A stretch of DNA of 64,000 nt, taken from assembly GCA_002269645.1 (NCBI GenBank), contig NIVC01000473.1:1-64000 (forward strand), read 5' to 3'. Below are positions 11,569-23,300 of the stretch, one piece after another (within the stretch, counting starts at the first letter, position 1; the number at the start of each line of letters is the position of its first letter). The stretch is from Macrostomum lignano (taxonomy: Eukaryota). The notes under the pieces were generated by a model. The model ran no database searches. It worked only from the letters and a program-made list of their open reading frames with translations, and had not been told where the DNA came from. Position numbers and translations under genes: made by a program.

Positions 11569-12846
11569 ATGCTCGCTAGAACAGCGATCCTTTTATGTCT
11601 TCTAAAAGCTGTTACGCCAACGACTGTCGACTTTGACGCCAAGCTGCTAAAATATCTAAAAAACAATACCGATCACAGTCCGTTGCATTTTCCAAGAATC
11701 GACAAAACCAAGATGCTAAACATATCGCTGAACTTCTTGCTGAGCCACATTGTCTCCGTGGACACAGCTAAGCAAAGCATGAAGGTGTCAGCATACGTTG
11801 AAGCCAGTTGGGAGGAAGAGCGACTCGTTTGGAACCCGGAAGACTTCGGCAATACCGTGTACACCCGATGGGAAGCTGAACAGATTTGGCACCCGATCAT
11901 CATTGTCTACAATGGCAACGGCGATGATCAGACATTGGTGCCGAAAGTGTTTGTCGGATTGCAGTCGAAAACGCCTAATTTGTCCGAGGTGAAGGCCACT
12001 TGGCGACGCGAGATCGAAGTATTTTGCGCATACAACATGGCCGAGTTTCCGTTTGATCGACACACTTGCGATATAAAAATATTTGCCACTGATGCATACT
12101 ATGAACTCTTGATGCAACCAGCGGTTTCACCTAACAAGTATAACCTTCTGGGTATTTACCAGGATAGTAAAGAATGGAATCTTGATGCTGCTACAGTCAG
12201 AATATTGGCCCAAAAATATGACATTTATCAAGAGTTTGAAGCCGTTCAACTATCCACTTACAACATCGAAATAAAAATTAAAAGGATATCAACCTATTAT
12301 GTAATCAACATTATAATTCCTCTGTTGCTGCTCGCCCTGCTCCAAGTGCTGGTGTACTTTGTGCCCCTGGAGTCCGGTGAGAAGCTGGGATTCGGCATCA
12401 CAATCATGCTCAGCTACACCGTGTTCCTGCTACTCCTGGACGGAATCCTGCCGAAGTCGCACAAGATGCCCGCCATTGCCCTGTTCATCACGGCCGCCAT
12501 GATGCTGTCCACCGTGTCGCTGCTGCTGACATCGCTGGTCATGCTGTTCCACTACAGGCCGGAGGGCAGCCGCATGCCGGAATGCGCTCGGACGGTCTTT
12601 GTTCGATACCTGGGCCGCCTGCTCTGCGTCAGCGGCGCCACTAGGGCATCACAGAAGACCAATCAAATTGCTGTCGAAGGCTATACAGAGAACAAAAATG
12701 CCCGGAGGCCAAGTGAAAAAGAAGCGTCAGAATCGGACTGGGAAGTAGCAGGTCGAGCAATCGAGAGGCTCATGTCGCTAATGGGCGTTGTTGCTACTGC
12801 CGCCATTATTGGGGCATTCCTGCTGAGGCCACTGTTAGCTAACTAA
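11569..12846 (+). CDS. nAChR-like Cys-loop ligand-gated cation channel subunit (cluster gene 4), intact, single exon, 425 aa
   Basis: Uninterrupted ORF. Signal peptide MLARTAILLCLLKAV, WEEERLVWNP, WHPIIIVYN, Cys-loop CAYNMAEFPFDRHTC (C-x13-C), M1-M3 with GEK, short M3-M4 loop, M4. No loop-C CC. Confidence 0.95.
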   Translation: MLARTAILLCLLKAVTPTTVDFDAKLLKYLKNNTDHSPLHFPRIDKTKMLNISLNFLLSHIVSVDTAKQSMKVSAYVEASWEEERLVWNPEDFGNTVYTRWEAEQIWHPIIIVYNGNGDDQTLVPKVFVGLQSKTPNLSEVKATWRREIEVFCAYNMAEFPFDRHTCDIKIFATDAYYELLMQPAVSPNKYNLLGIYQDSKEWNLDAATVRILAQKYDIYQEFEAVQLSTYNIEIKIKRISTYYVINIIIPLLLLALLQVLVYFVPLESGEKLGFGITIMLSYTVFLLLLDGILPKSHKMPAIALFITAAMMLSTVSLLLTSLVMLFHYRPEGSRMPECARTVFVRYLGRLLCVSGATRASQKTNQIAVEGYTENKNARRPSEKEASESDWEVAGRAIERLMSLMGVVATAAIIGAFLLRPLLAN

Positions 12847-12999
12847 CTAATTAAACAACATAATGCTATTAACAACTGTGAGAACTAATTTTATGTTTGT
12901 TTTTATTAGTGTTGCTAAATTATTAACTGGTTTTGCAACTCATATTGATATTCTTGCTTTAAAATTGTCATGACATACATAAATAATTAATTTTGATTT

Positions 13000-13085
13000 T
13001 ATTAACGGTAATTACCCGCACGAAATCGAACCCGGGACTCAGGACAAGACTCAGATGCGGTCGCAGGAACCGCTACTAAAAAGAA
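13000..13085 (-). repeat. Possible tRNA-derived SINE head
   Basis: Minus strand carries gtcccgGGTTCGATttc (pol III B-box-like) with a weak A-box-like tagtagcggtt upstream. No full cloverleaf. Confidence 0.3.
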
Positions 13086-13819
13086 ATAATTTTTCCGGCT
13101 TGGGCGCTGTCAACTAAAATAAATATTTATTTACGGCGTCCCCATTATGCTTATTATAGGACGGAATACACACACGCTGCTATCTGCTTACGTATAATAT
13201 ACTCAATATATTATCTACGCTACTAATATGTAGTAGTTTAGCTATTTTTTGTACAATTTGATGTTGGAAAATGTTGGAAGATGTTGGTCTTTTTACATAC
13301 CCGTTGGAATTCCCGTTAAAAGGTTGGGAGTATATTTTCGATATCGCATTTGCATTGTAAAGCGAAATATTATATTAAAAGTGATACCAACTTAACGCTC
13401 TAGAATGGAGCCCGAAGTAAGGCTCCGGATAAAATATATACATAGACGGACAAGTCGGAGATATTCTCTAAGAGAGTTCCAGAAACGAACTTGCAGTGAT
13501 AGGATTTTTCGTTATTTATTTCAGCCAGTCGGTTTGTCAGTTTTTTCGGGAATCTACTTCGAGCTTACTTACTTCTATGTACTTACAGTGCTTAATTTGA
13601 CAGCCCCTTTCGAACATTTTGAAGAGTTTCTCTTTACTACTACCATGCAGTAGTTGATAATGTATATTTTACCAGCTTTCTCGTTTACTAACACACGGAG
13701 GATTCGTGCGCTCAGGGGGTAAGGGATATTTAGTCAAACACGGAAGCAACGTCACGAGTTATATTGCACACAAGAGTACCTCCACAAATGAAATTAATTC
13801 AATTACAGCAGTCCCACTC

Positions 13820-13833
13820 GTTGCCATGGCGAT
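13820..13833. promoter_or_regulatory. X-box (RFX/DAF-19-type) motif GTTGCCATGGCGAT upstream of gene 5
   Basis: Matches RTHNYY-WT-RRNRAC at all but the last base, about 146 bp upstream of the ATG. Conserved in the paralogous promoter of gene 6. Confidence 0.55.
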
Positions 13834-13978
13834 TGATTCAGCACTGGTAGACCAGACGCGTTATTGGCTAAACAGCTATCCTATAGGGTCTTTTCTTCAA
13901 CTCTGCTTTCTATGATGATATAGAGTAGAAAGCAGTAACCAACATTTGCCTCTTACACCGTATCGACACATCGACACA

Positions 13979-15268
13979 ATGTCCGTACGCGAAATTCTAC
14001 TAGTCGCCACAGCGATTATAGCTGCCACTTGTGGCGGCTCAGCTCAGCATAGAGACCTGGAGCAGGAGCTGCTGCAGTACTTGAAGAACAATATCACCAA
14101 CTATAGTCCGCTGCTGCGACCCACAATTAACGCCTACAAGCCTACTTACATCACTATGGACACATCCTTGACCCAGCTGGTATCGGTAGACAGTGCCAAG
14201 CAAAGCGTCAAGATTGGGGCTTTCGTAATGGCCGGCTGGACTGAGGAGCGTCTGGTCTGGGATCCGGCCAAGTTTGGGAACCTAACCGTGATTAACTGGG
14301 ACAATTCGAATGTCTGGTTTCCTGTCATCCTCATCTATAATGGCATCGGAGACAACCAGATGCTCACTCCACAGATGCCAGTGTATTTAATGTCGATCCG
14401 ACCCAACCTCACCAAAGTCGTCGCCGGGTGGCGTCGAGAGTTCGAATTCTCGTGTGAGTTCGACGTGAGCAAATTCCCCATAGACAAGCACGTCTGCGAG
14501 CTCGAGTTCTTCTTTAGCGACCAGGGCCATGACAACCAAATGCTGATTCCTTTCAAGAACAATATGAAGCCATTCCAAATAGATGGACTTTATCGAACTA
14601 ACAGCGAATGGAAGTTGGTGAATGCGTCGACGTCGTCCGAACGGAAGCCGTACAAACTCGTTCAAGGTGCACCGGATGTGCTTCTACCAACTTATGTAAT
14701 CCGTCTGGAGATCGAGAGAGTCTCTGCTTACTACTTTATGAACATCATCACACCACTGCTACTGCTGACTTTGCTACAAGTGTTGGTATACTTTGTGCCC
14801 CTGGAGTCTGGCGAGAAGCTGGGATTCGGCATCACAATCATGCTCAGCTACACTGTGTTCCTCCTTCTGCTGGACAGCATCGTGCCCAAGTCGCAGACAA
14901 CACCAGCGATCGCTTCGTTCATCACAGCCGCTATGATCTTGTCGACGATATCTCTGCTACTAACGTCGCTAATTATGCGTCTGCACTTTGCTCCGGAGGG
15001 CAATCGGATGCCGGCCTGCATGCGTGCCGTTTTGATTGGCTTCTTGGCTCGAGTGTTCTGCGTTGGCGGCGCTGCCAAAATCAACAAGGTCGAGATCAAG
15101 AATGGGACTAGCATCGAAAAAAAGAACACTACTGATGAAGAGGACACTCCGGTTGTTCGATCCGATTGGGTGGTTGCTGCGCACGCTGTCGAACGACTCA
15201 TGGTTGCTATGGGAGTGGCCGCCACCGCTGCTATTATTGGAGTTTTCGTCATCCAACCGTACACTTAA
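13979..15268 (+). CDS. nAChR-like Cys-loop receptor subunit (cluster gene 5), intact, single exon, 429 aa
   Basis: Uninterrupted ORF. Signal peptide, Cys-loop CEFDVSKFPIDKHVC, ESGEKLGFGITIMLSYTVF, M4. Confidence 0.95.
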   Translation: MSVREILLVATAIIAATCGGSAQHRDLEQELLQYLKNNITNYSPLLRPTINAYKPTYITMDTSLTQLVSVDSAKQSVKIGAFVMAGWTEERLVWDPAKFGNLTVINWDNSNVWFPVILIYNGIGDNQMLTPQMPVYLMSIRPNLTKVVAGWRREFEFSCEFDVSKFPIDKHVCELEFFFSDQGHDNQMLIPFKNNMKPFQIDGLYRTNSEWKLVNASTSSERKPYKLVQGAPDVLLPTYVIRLEIERVSAYYFMNIITPLLLLTLLQVLVYFVPLESGEKLGFGITIMLSYTVFLLLLDSIVPKSQTTPAIASFITAAMILSTISLLLTSLIMRLHFAPEGNRMPACMRAVLIGFLARVFCVGGAAKINKVEIKNGTSIEKKNTTDEEDTPVVRSDWVVAAHAVERLMVAMGVAATAAIIGVFVIQPYT

Positions 15269-15662
15269 AGACCGCAAGAGATTATACTGAGTCGGCTTAT
15301 GAAACTTTCTGAAAAAAGATTCTTTAATAATAATAAATTCTCTATGCTTCTATCTTCTAATTAAATGAATTAATTCACATCAAAAGTGCATGGGTGCTTC
15401 TAGTCTTTTCATTTAATCGAGCGAATTTCAGCATTATTCTGTTCTACGAGCTATGCTAATTGTATGCCACTCTGTGCCACTAGAGACAACTAAAATCAGA
15501 TTATGCAAACATATAAAAAACAGCTCTGGTTCTCTACTCACAGCAATTGCTGCCGCAGTAGGCTTGCACCCCAATCCTTCATAAAACGATAGGTTCATCA
15601 AGAGGATAGCTACTCAATCATGCAGTAAACTAAGAGGCACTTTTCATGATTGCAAATGGTGA

Positions 15663-15676
15663 GTTGCTATGGTAAC
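15663..15676. promoter_or_regulatory. X-box motif GTTGCTATGGTAAC downstream of gene 5
   Basis: Full match to the RFX palindrome consensus. Conserved at the equivalent position after gene 6. Confidence 0.55.
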
Positions 15677-17649
15677 AGTTAACCAATTCTCAGCAAAGGC
15701 TTGGTAAGCACTCGATAAAACTAACTGTGGGCAGAGCCTTCAGCGAACAGGCAGGACTATTGTTAATTTAACGAAATCACCAGCTTTTTGGGGAGAAAGT
15801 TTTAGAGAGCGTGTGCTTGCTGCCACCAGAAAAAGTTATTTGCAAAGACGATTTTTTTCAACAGGTGGAATAAAGGCCCGTTTGAGCTACTGAAACTTGA
15901 AAGCGGAACCGGGCATTTTTATTCAGCTCGAGAGGGAGAATCCAAACACGAATGGAATAAAATATGACGGAAACAACTACAAGTATGTGCATATGGCATA
16001 TTTCTATATATCGATATATAATAGACACAACCACAGATCCTAAATCTTAGTCAATTAATCAGGCTTCGCAAAAGAACATAACTAAACACAGGATTGCTTT
16101 GGTTTAAATTTTTACATGTAAAAAAACTATCAATTGATGCGACTATTTATAAAATTTTACGAAAACCAACGCAAGTGTCAATGACCTTTCATTTTGCAAT
16201 ACTTGGAGGGATGGATGGATGGAAACAGGCACGTCAAGTTAAAAGATAACTATTTGGACTGCTCTGAAACAAATAAATAGGACCAGAATATTTTTATGTT
16301 GGCAGAAAATTAAAGCTGTTTTCCGGGTAAGCAATTCTCTAAAAAGGTTTCGAGAAACAAGGCATCTAGGCCTTTTCTATTCTTTTTCACGATCCCTGGT
16401 TCTGGTTTGGTTCCTGTTAGGAGACGTGGGAAAGCCGGAAGGGCCTCCTTGCGAGTTGTGCGGGTGGTGCTGCACTCAGAGGTCTTGTGAGATGGCGCCA
16501 GGTTGCAGCTCTCCAGCCGGTTGTGGAGACCGCCTTGCTGTAATTGTACTGAGCTATTATTGTCACTTTTGGATGCACTCTGTCAAAATGGATGCAAATA
16601 TGCAAGTTTTGTTCAATAGACAGCGAGACAAAGGCACTGTATTGTAACCCAGTGTCAAAACTGAATGCACACTGTCAAATGTACTAGCAAATTGTGAATA
16701 AAGGTTGGAGTTTGTCTTTTTCGCGGTTGAAAATCGGCATTATTTTGCATTTGTGTTTGTCAAAGTAGATTGAAAATTTCAACAAGCGATACAACAGACT
16801 GTCAAAATTGAATGCAAAGATGTCAATATTGAGTGCAGATTTTCCAAAAATAGAAAGTAAAAAGGTGTAGCTAAAACTCAGTCTTGTTGTTTCTGTGAAA
16901 CACTCTATTCGTGAGCTACTTCCTAAGTTGAATCTTAGGTTCAAATTTTGCTGTGTGAAGCGCCCCCAGCTGGGAGTTGGAAGTCTTTCCCTACTGGGAG
17001 AAAATATTAAGCGGCAAATCACATGACTATAGGTGTTGTGGCTCTGGCTTGTGACCCTCAGATAAAAATCCGGCTTATGCCACTGACATCTGGCTGCTGT
17101 GGGCTAGACCAAGGTAGCTAATATGCAAATTTTTGTAAGAATAATAAAAATTTTTCTACCTTCCGTCTATATCTATATGAAACATTCTGTTGGGGCGCTA
17201 AGTTGACAATATTTACTCATCTCATGCTCGACATGCCAATTGAAAATAGAGCTAGTATTTGTTTGGTCTGAAGTTAAATTATTTGGTTGGATTATTGCCG
17301 ACTAGACCAAGTTAATTGACTTTTTTCTTCTTCAGAAGTGCTCCTCGGAGGGTAAGAAAACAGATTGAGGCCTCTAAAAAGTTGAGATGTTTGACGCGAC
17401 GCAGGTGTTAGGGTTTCAAATCTCTGGCCTCTTACGATCTCCGGTGCCTTACGTTCTCCTGTAGGCATAATTAAAAGCCTAGGGATTTTTTATAAAGGCA
17501 TTAAAGTTGATAAGAAATTAGTAGCCTTTGAGATCGTCACACGTGTGCTATGTACGCAGTGCTTACTTGTCAAATGAGTATACGAATAAATAATACTAAT
17601 AGCTCAGTACTATACAGTTCACCACATGCCTTGGCTGCTTCATTATGGC

Positions 17650-18950
17650 CAGTATTTTATACCTGTTCACTGTTCAGCATGATCTTCCGTCCAAAGAAAA
17701 TGACAAATTGAAGCGTCGAATTAGAGAAAAAGGCACGAGTTTTGCTCTTCACAATGTAGCGGAATGTACCAGCAAGTTAAAAATATTGCAAGCAGCAAGC
17801 GACGGCGATCGAAAGAGTTGAAAAAAGTTGTCTGCACCGAGGATAAGGCCGAGAAGCTTGTCGAAGGGGTTCACATGGAGTCCTGTGTCAATTCGATCTA
17901 AAGGCCTCGTCACAATCAGATGTTACAGTAATGTAGCCGTCACTCCGATTGCCAGGTCTTTTACCCTAACTGCTATGTACGCAGACCCGCCAGAAAAAAG
18001 TGAGTAGGAATGTTTTACTAGAAATAGGAGGAACTACATCCAATCAATATCCTCAAATCGGCTGAGAGGCTGTTAGAAATTTTCGGAGCGGACTGCATTA
18101 CCATGCCTACCTTGACTGAATTTGGCTGTCACTGTATATTTTCACTAAGTGATACAAATTTACAAAACTGGCCTTCTTCCGAGCCGTGCCAAATATCCAG
18201 GCAACTTTCGACGCAATCAAATCGCATGGTTGACATTTTTTTCACTATTCGACCGGCGCAACTCGTTTTTAGCGGCCAGGGACGCGAATTTTGTAACAAC
18301 GTTGTCGACGCTTTGCTATCTGGCGGCAACTCAGAGGTGGTGACTGGTGCGTATCACCACAGGTAAAAGTCTTACTTACATTTTGTAAGCTTGCTGTTTA
18401 ATACCCAGTGCATACTTGCGGCTGTGCACACCGGATGTACACTGCAGGTGACGGACTATCGATGACGGACTAAGTGTGTGATTTAAATAGTCGTGACTGC
18501 ATGGGATTTAAAGCTAAATTTCATCCAACTCGTCTACGACACTCCACCAGGGCACTTCACCCTTTCGGTATGCCGTATCTCTCTGTCTTCTCTTGCAACT
18601 TGTTCGAAGTTCAGACATTATTGCCGACAGAATTTGTATATTTGCATATAAGAAGCGCCGTACCAAATCAATTTTAAGGTGGCCTTTGGATTCAATCAAT
18701 CGGGAGATGAAGCTGCCAATTTCTTAACTAGCCCGACTGCCATGCAAACTGCTATGAACCTGGACGCCGGTTGGCTAAGAAAGCAACGCATCGAGCAGAG
18801 ACAAGAAAGTTGATCGCCATAAGAATATTTGGACTTCGCAAGAGAAGGAAACCGAGTCAGATTTAAAAAGTCTCGACGCGATGACCGCAAAGGCGGAAAA
18901 TTCCAAATGGCTTGGAATGCGCGCAGATAAAAATGTAACACGAGCGTAAA
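17650..18950 (+). mobile_element. Highly decayed Gypsy-type integrase remnant (Ginger-like)
   Basis: Fragments LVFSGQGREFCNNVV (SDQGREF-like core), VTGAYHH, HSTRALHPF...LLPTE and DRKGGKFQMAW (start of GPY/F-like motif). No RT or gag nearby. Possible GT-AG intron at 18363-18448. Confidence 0.5.
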
Positions 18951-19535
18951 AGATGTTTCAGTCTGAATGTACTAGCTGACTGCTCTTAAAGGGTGCGTCA
19001 ATGGACAGCAATCGAAACGCTGCTTCAACTTTGTTAGCCGAAGTGGACCGATTAATTAATTACCAATGTTTGATCTTAGTATAAGCTATCTGTTTTACTA
19101 AGTAACGAATAGATATTTGTCAGCAAGTAAGACGGTTTCAGTAACTATTCCATTTTCTTTAGATGAGTAAAATGTACACTACTTTTTCTAATATAGTGGT
19201 CTGATTGAGTGAACAGCCTTGGAACTATTGTGAAAGAGAAATAATTTTGATGCCTGCACTTTCGGTCTTTAAAGGACATGTGATCACAGCGGGACCGCAG
19301 ACAAGAAGATGGAAATCCTAAAGCAAACCTTTTGTGAGGTTGCGTTTGATTTGTGCAGTTGGGGTGGTGGCTGCTCTATTATTATTTGCATCTCGCTTTA
19401 CTCTGTGCATGCCGCCACCCCAGTTGGGTGACTCATTTTATAACCCTTCTATCGCTGACTATATAATCGCTCCCCATTTATTGTGCATGTCAAATATACT
19501 TCGTGATTTTGACTCTAATTTCTCGGCTCTTACAT

Positions 19536-19546
19536 TGGTGGCAGCG
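19536..19546 (+). promoter_or_regulatory. Primer-binding site TGGTGGCAGCG (tRNA-Leu-type)
   Basis: One nt after the LTR-terminal ...ttaca; complementary to a tRNA 3' end ...CGCUGCCACCA. Confidence 0.7.
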
Positions 19547-19568
19547 AGAACCCAGTGCAAGTGCACTT

Positions 19569-20350
19569 ATGGCCCAGAACACCCTGCTACCGCCAAAGTT
19601 CAGTGGAACAGACTGCTCTGACGTGAGAAAATGCCTACGCATCTTCGAGGAGTTTGCCAACGATGCGAAATGGGACGATGAGACCTCAGCATCGAAAGTG
19701 AAACTGCTGCTTACGGGAGAAGCCCAACTGGTCGTCTGGGACCTCGCCGAGACGAGGCAGAAGAGCTTCAAGAGCATCAAAGAGGACCTCACAAAGTTTT
19801 ACGGAGGTGAATCCGACAGCTTTAAGGCTATGAGTGATTTCTACTCGAGGAAGCGTGGAGACACCGAGACGCTCCGTGAGCTCTGCTTCAACCTGAAGCT
19901 GCTGTACCAGAAGGCCAGGCCGAGTGACTCAGTTGCTCAGTGGGACCGAGATGTGCGTTTCAAACTTCTGCAGCTGCTCAAGGCCGACATTCGCGACAAC
20001 CTGCTCAAGACAGAGGACGCAGAGAGCTGCTGCCTGGAGACTCTGCTGCGGCGTGCGGCTCGGCTGGAGAAGCTGGCTTGGCGACAGGACCGCCTGGACC
20101 GACTGGAGAAACGCATGAAGGAGCTCATCGCGAGGGTCAGCGTGCAGTCCGGTATCGACACTCGGCGTCGCCGTCAGCAGCGAGGAGGCGGCTGCTTCAA
20201 CTGCGGCCAGCTCGGACACCGTGCAGCGCAATGTCAGCAGCGTCAGAAACAGCCGGACCAGATCATCTGCCACAAGTGCTCGGGGCGAAGGCACAAGGCC
20301 TCCGTCTGGCCATCCAAGGCTCCGGGAAACTTCAAAGGGTTGGTGCAACG
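19569..20350 (+). CDS. Retrotransposon Gag with zinc knuckles
   Basis: MAQNTLLPPKFSG..., CFNCGQLGHRAAQC (CCHC) and a degenerate second knuckle CHKCSGRRHKASVW. Confidence 0.85.
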
Positions 20351-23300
20351 GGTGCGGGACTCACACCAACCCGAAGGAGCAATCCCGTGCTTCATGCGAT
20401 TTTTGTTCCTGGAGAGGCAAACAGCAAGCCGTGCCGCTGGCTGCTGGACACCGGAGCGCAGACCTCACTGATCAGCGACGTTGCCTTGAGAGCTGGACGG
20501 TCGCGGCGAGCTGAAGCCGGCAGGCGTCAGGCCTGTGTCCGTGGACGGCTCCGCCCTCGAGCTGCTGGGAAGTGTGAGCATTACCGTGCGACTCGGTCAT
20601 CAGCTGCGCAGACAAATGGACGTGCTGGTGGTCAGAGTTATTCGCTTAGACTTCATCATCGGGATGGATTTCGTGAGAAAGGCGGCCAGATCGCAGTTCA
20701 GCATCGACCGGGGTGCCAAGACAGTCGCATTCGATGGTGAGGCGGTTCCGTTCAGTAACTGCGATTCCAAGCAAGATGACCCGCTGTCCTGGTGCTTGGT
20801 ACCCACAGTGATCATCGCCAGAGTTCAGGGCGCCGTCGTGGTGCCGCCAAGGTCAGTTAAAGTCGTGGACGTGACGACAGAGACCAAGCAGGCACAGGGC
20901 ATCTTCGAGCCGTCACAGGAGTTCATCGACAGAATCGGAGTGCTGCCCGGCCGCGTGTTCGCGGTGTCTTCAGCGAGCGGCAAGATCCCGGTTCAGGTGT
21001 GCAACCTTAGCTGCAGCCCGGTCACGCCGTTCTCCAACCAGAGCATCGGCACTTTCGAGAGCGCGGAGGTAATCGATGAGGACGAGGACGTGCACGAGTG
21101 GCGAGGCCCCGCGGACCAGTTCAACATTAATCCGGAGCTGCCAGAGGAGGACAGAGACCGACTGGCGAGGCTGCTGAGGGCATTTTCCAATGTGGTCTCA
21201 GTCCATGAATTTTTAGTATATGGAATTTGACGTTTGGACGAGCAGCGCAGCGCAGCACAAGATTGAGCTTGACGACGGCGCACGCCCGATTCGCCAACGG
21301 CCTCGGCGGGTGCCTCACGCCTTTAGGAGGCAGGTGGACGAGAAGCTGGGGCAGATGCGATAACATGGCGTCATCGAGCCTTCCACCAGCCCGTGGGCGA
21401 GCAACCTGATAATCGTCAGGAAGAAGAATAATGACATCCGAGTCTGTGTCGACTGACGGGCGCTAAACAACCTTACGGTGAAGGACGCCCACCCGCTGCC
21501 GCATTTGCACCAGGTGCTCGACTCTTTGGCTGGCTGCTCATAGTTCTCTACGATTGATATGCGCCAAGGCTTCCTTCAGGTGGAGGTCAGAAAGGAGGAT
21601 CGGCCGTTGACAGCGTTCTACACTCCGAGCGGCCTGATGCAATTCTGCAAAATGGGATTCGGCATGTGCAACGCGCCTGCAACGTACCAGCGAATGATGG
21701 AGCTCATCATGACTGGTCTGAGCTGGGAGGAGGTCGTCGCGCACATTGATGACCTGATCATCTTCAACAGGGACTTTGAGAGCCACGTTCAGTCGCTGTC
21801 CAAGGTGTTGCATCGACTGCGGTCTGCCAAGCTGAAGCTGAACCCCGGCAAGAGCTTCTTCCCCAACCGGAGCGTCACGTACCTGGGCCACCAAGTCTCT
21901 GAGAGCGGCATCGCACCTGCCGCGGAGAAGGTTGAGGCGATCAGGCGGATGCCAGAGCCACAGTCCGAGAAGGATGTCCGGCGCATCATCGGCATGCTCA
22001 GCTTCTACCGCAGGTTCGTGCCCAACTTCTCTGACATTGCCAAGCCGCTGCATCACTTGGCGCAAAAAAGCGGGCTGCGACTTCGTGTGGATGCCAGAGC
22101 ATGCTGCGGCGCTGATCAAGTTGAAGGACGCGCTGACCAAGGCCGCGGTGCTCCAGCTGCCCGACTTCAGCCGGTCTATCGTCATCAGCTGTGACAGCAG
22201 CGCTGTGGCCTTGGGTGCGGTGCTCAGCCAGGAGCTGCCAGTGGCCTACGCATCCCGGACGCTGAGCAAGGCAGAGCGCAACTACAGTACAACGGACCGG
22301 GAGCTGCTCGCGATTGTATGGAGCCTCAAGCAGTTCCGCATGTACCTGAGCAACAGCCGCAAGATCCAAGTGTTCACCGACCACAAGCCAATCACCGGGC
22401 TGCTCAACGCGAAGGAGCCAATCGGTCGGCTCGCACGTTGGCTGCAACTCATTCAGGAGTTCCCCCTGGAGATCCTGTACCGGCAAGGCAAGGAGAACAT
22501 CGTGCCAGACGCCCTCAGCCGAGCACGCGGTTCTACACGCGGTTCGGCACGCGATGCTCCAGCCCGACTTTCAAGTTCCGGCGGCGGCGAGTGAGTCGGT
22601 CCAAAAGCTCACCGGACGGCGCACTGCTCCGCAACGGGCTGCCAGTGATCCCACAGCACATGCGAGCGGAGCTGCTGCAACAGGCGCCGACCGGCCGAGC
22701 GCGGGTTACCTCGGACAGCGGCGGGTGCTGCGAGCCTTGCGCGAGCGTTCCTCGTGGCCGGACATGCGCGAGGACGTGCAGGACTGGGTGCGGAGCTGCC
22801 TGGTCTGCCAACGCCGCAAAGGAGCGCCAAAGCGAGCGCGCGCTGAGCTGGTGCGGCAACCGCTACCGGCCAAGCCACGGGGTGTCATGCAGATCGACAT
22901 CAAGGGCCCGCTGCCAGCCACCGATTCAGGCAAGCGCTACATCCTCTGCTTTGTTGACACATTTTTTAAATTGGGTGGAGGCTGCCGCCCTCAGCCAGAT
23001 CGACGCCAAGACGGTAGCCGAGGCTCTGGTGACTTGCGTGGTGCTGCGGCACGGAGTTCTGGAGGTCGTGCACTCGGACTCGGATCGAGGCCGAAGTTTT
23101 CAAGCAGACCTGCGCGCTGCTCGGAGCAGAAAAATCGAGGACCTCACCGTTTCACCCCAGCGGCAACGGGAACGTCGAGAGGTTCAATAGAGGTCCAGCA
23201 AATTTCGTTGGACGCTGGGCAACATGCTCTCGGCATTCTGCTCGGAGAACCAAGCCGGCTGGGATGCCCTGCTGCCCTACGTCGTGTGGGCCTACAACAG

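Noticed and set aside
16380-17250. Possible LTR or transposon end between gene 5 and the integrase remnant
   Set aside because: No partner repeat, TSD or coding similarity recognisable by eye.
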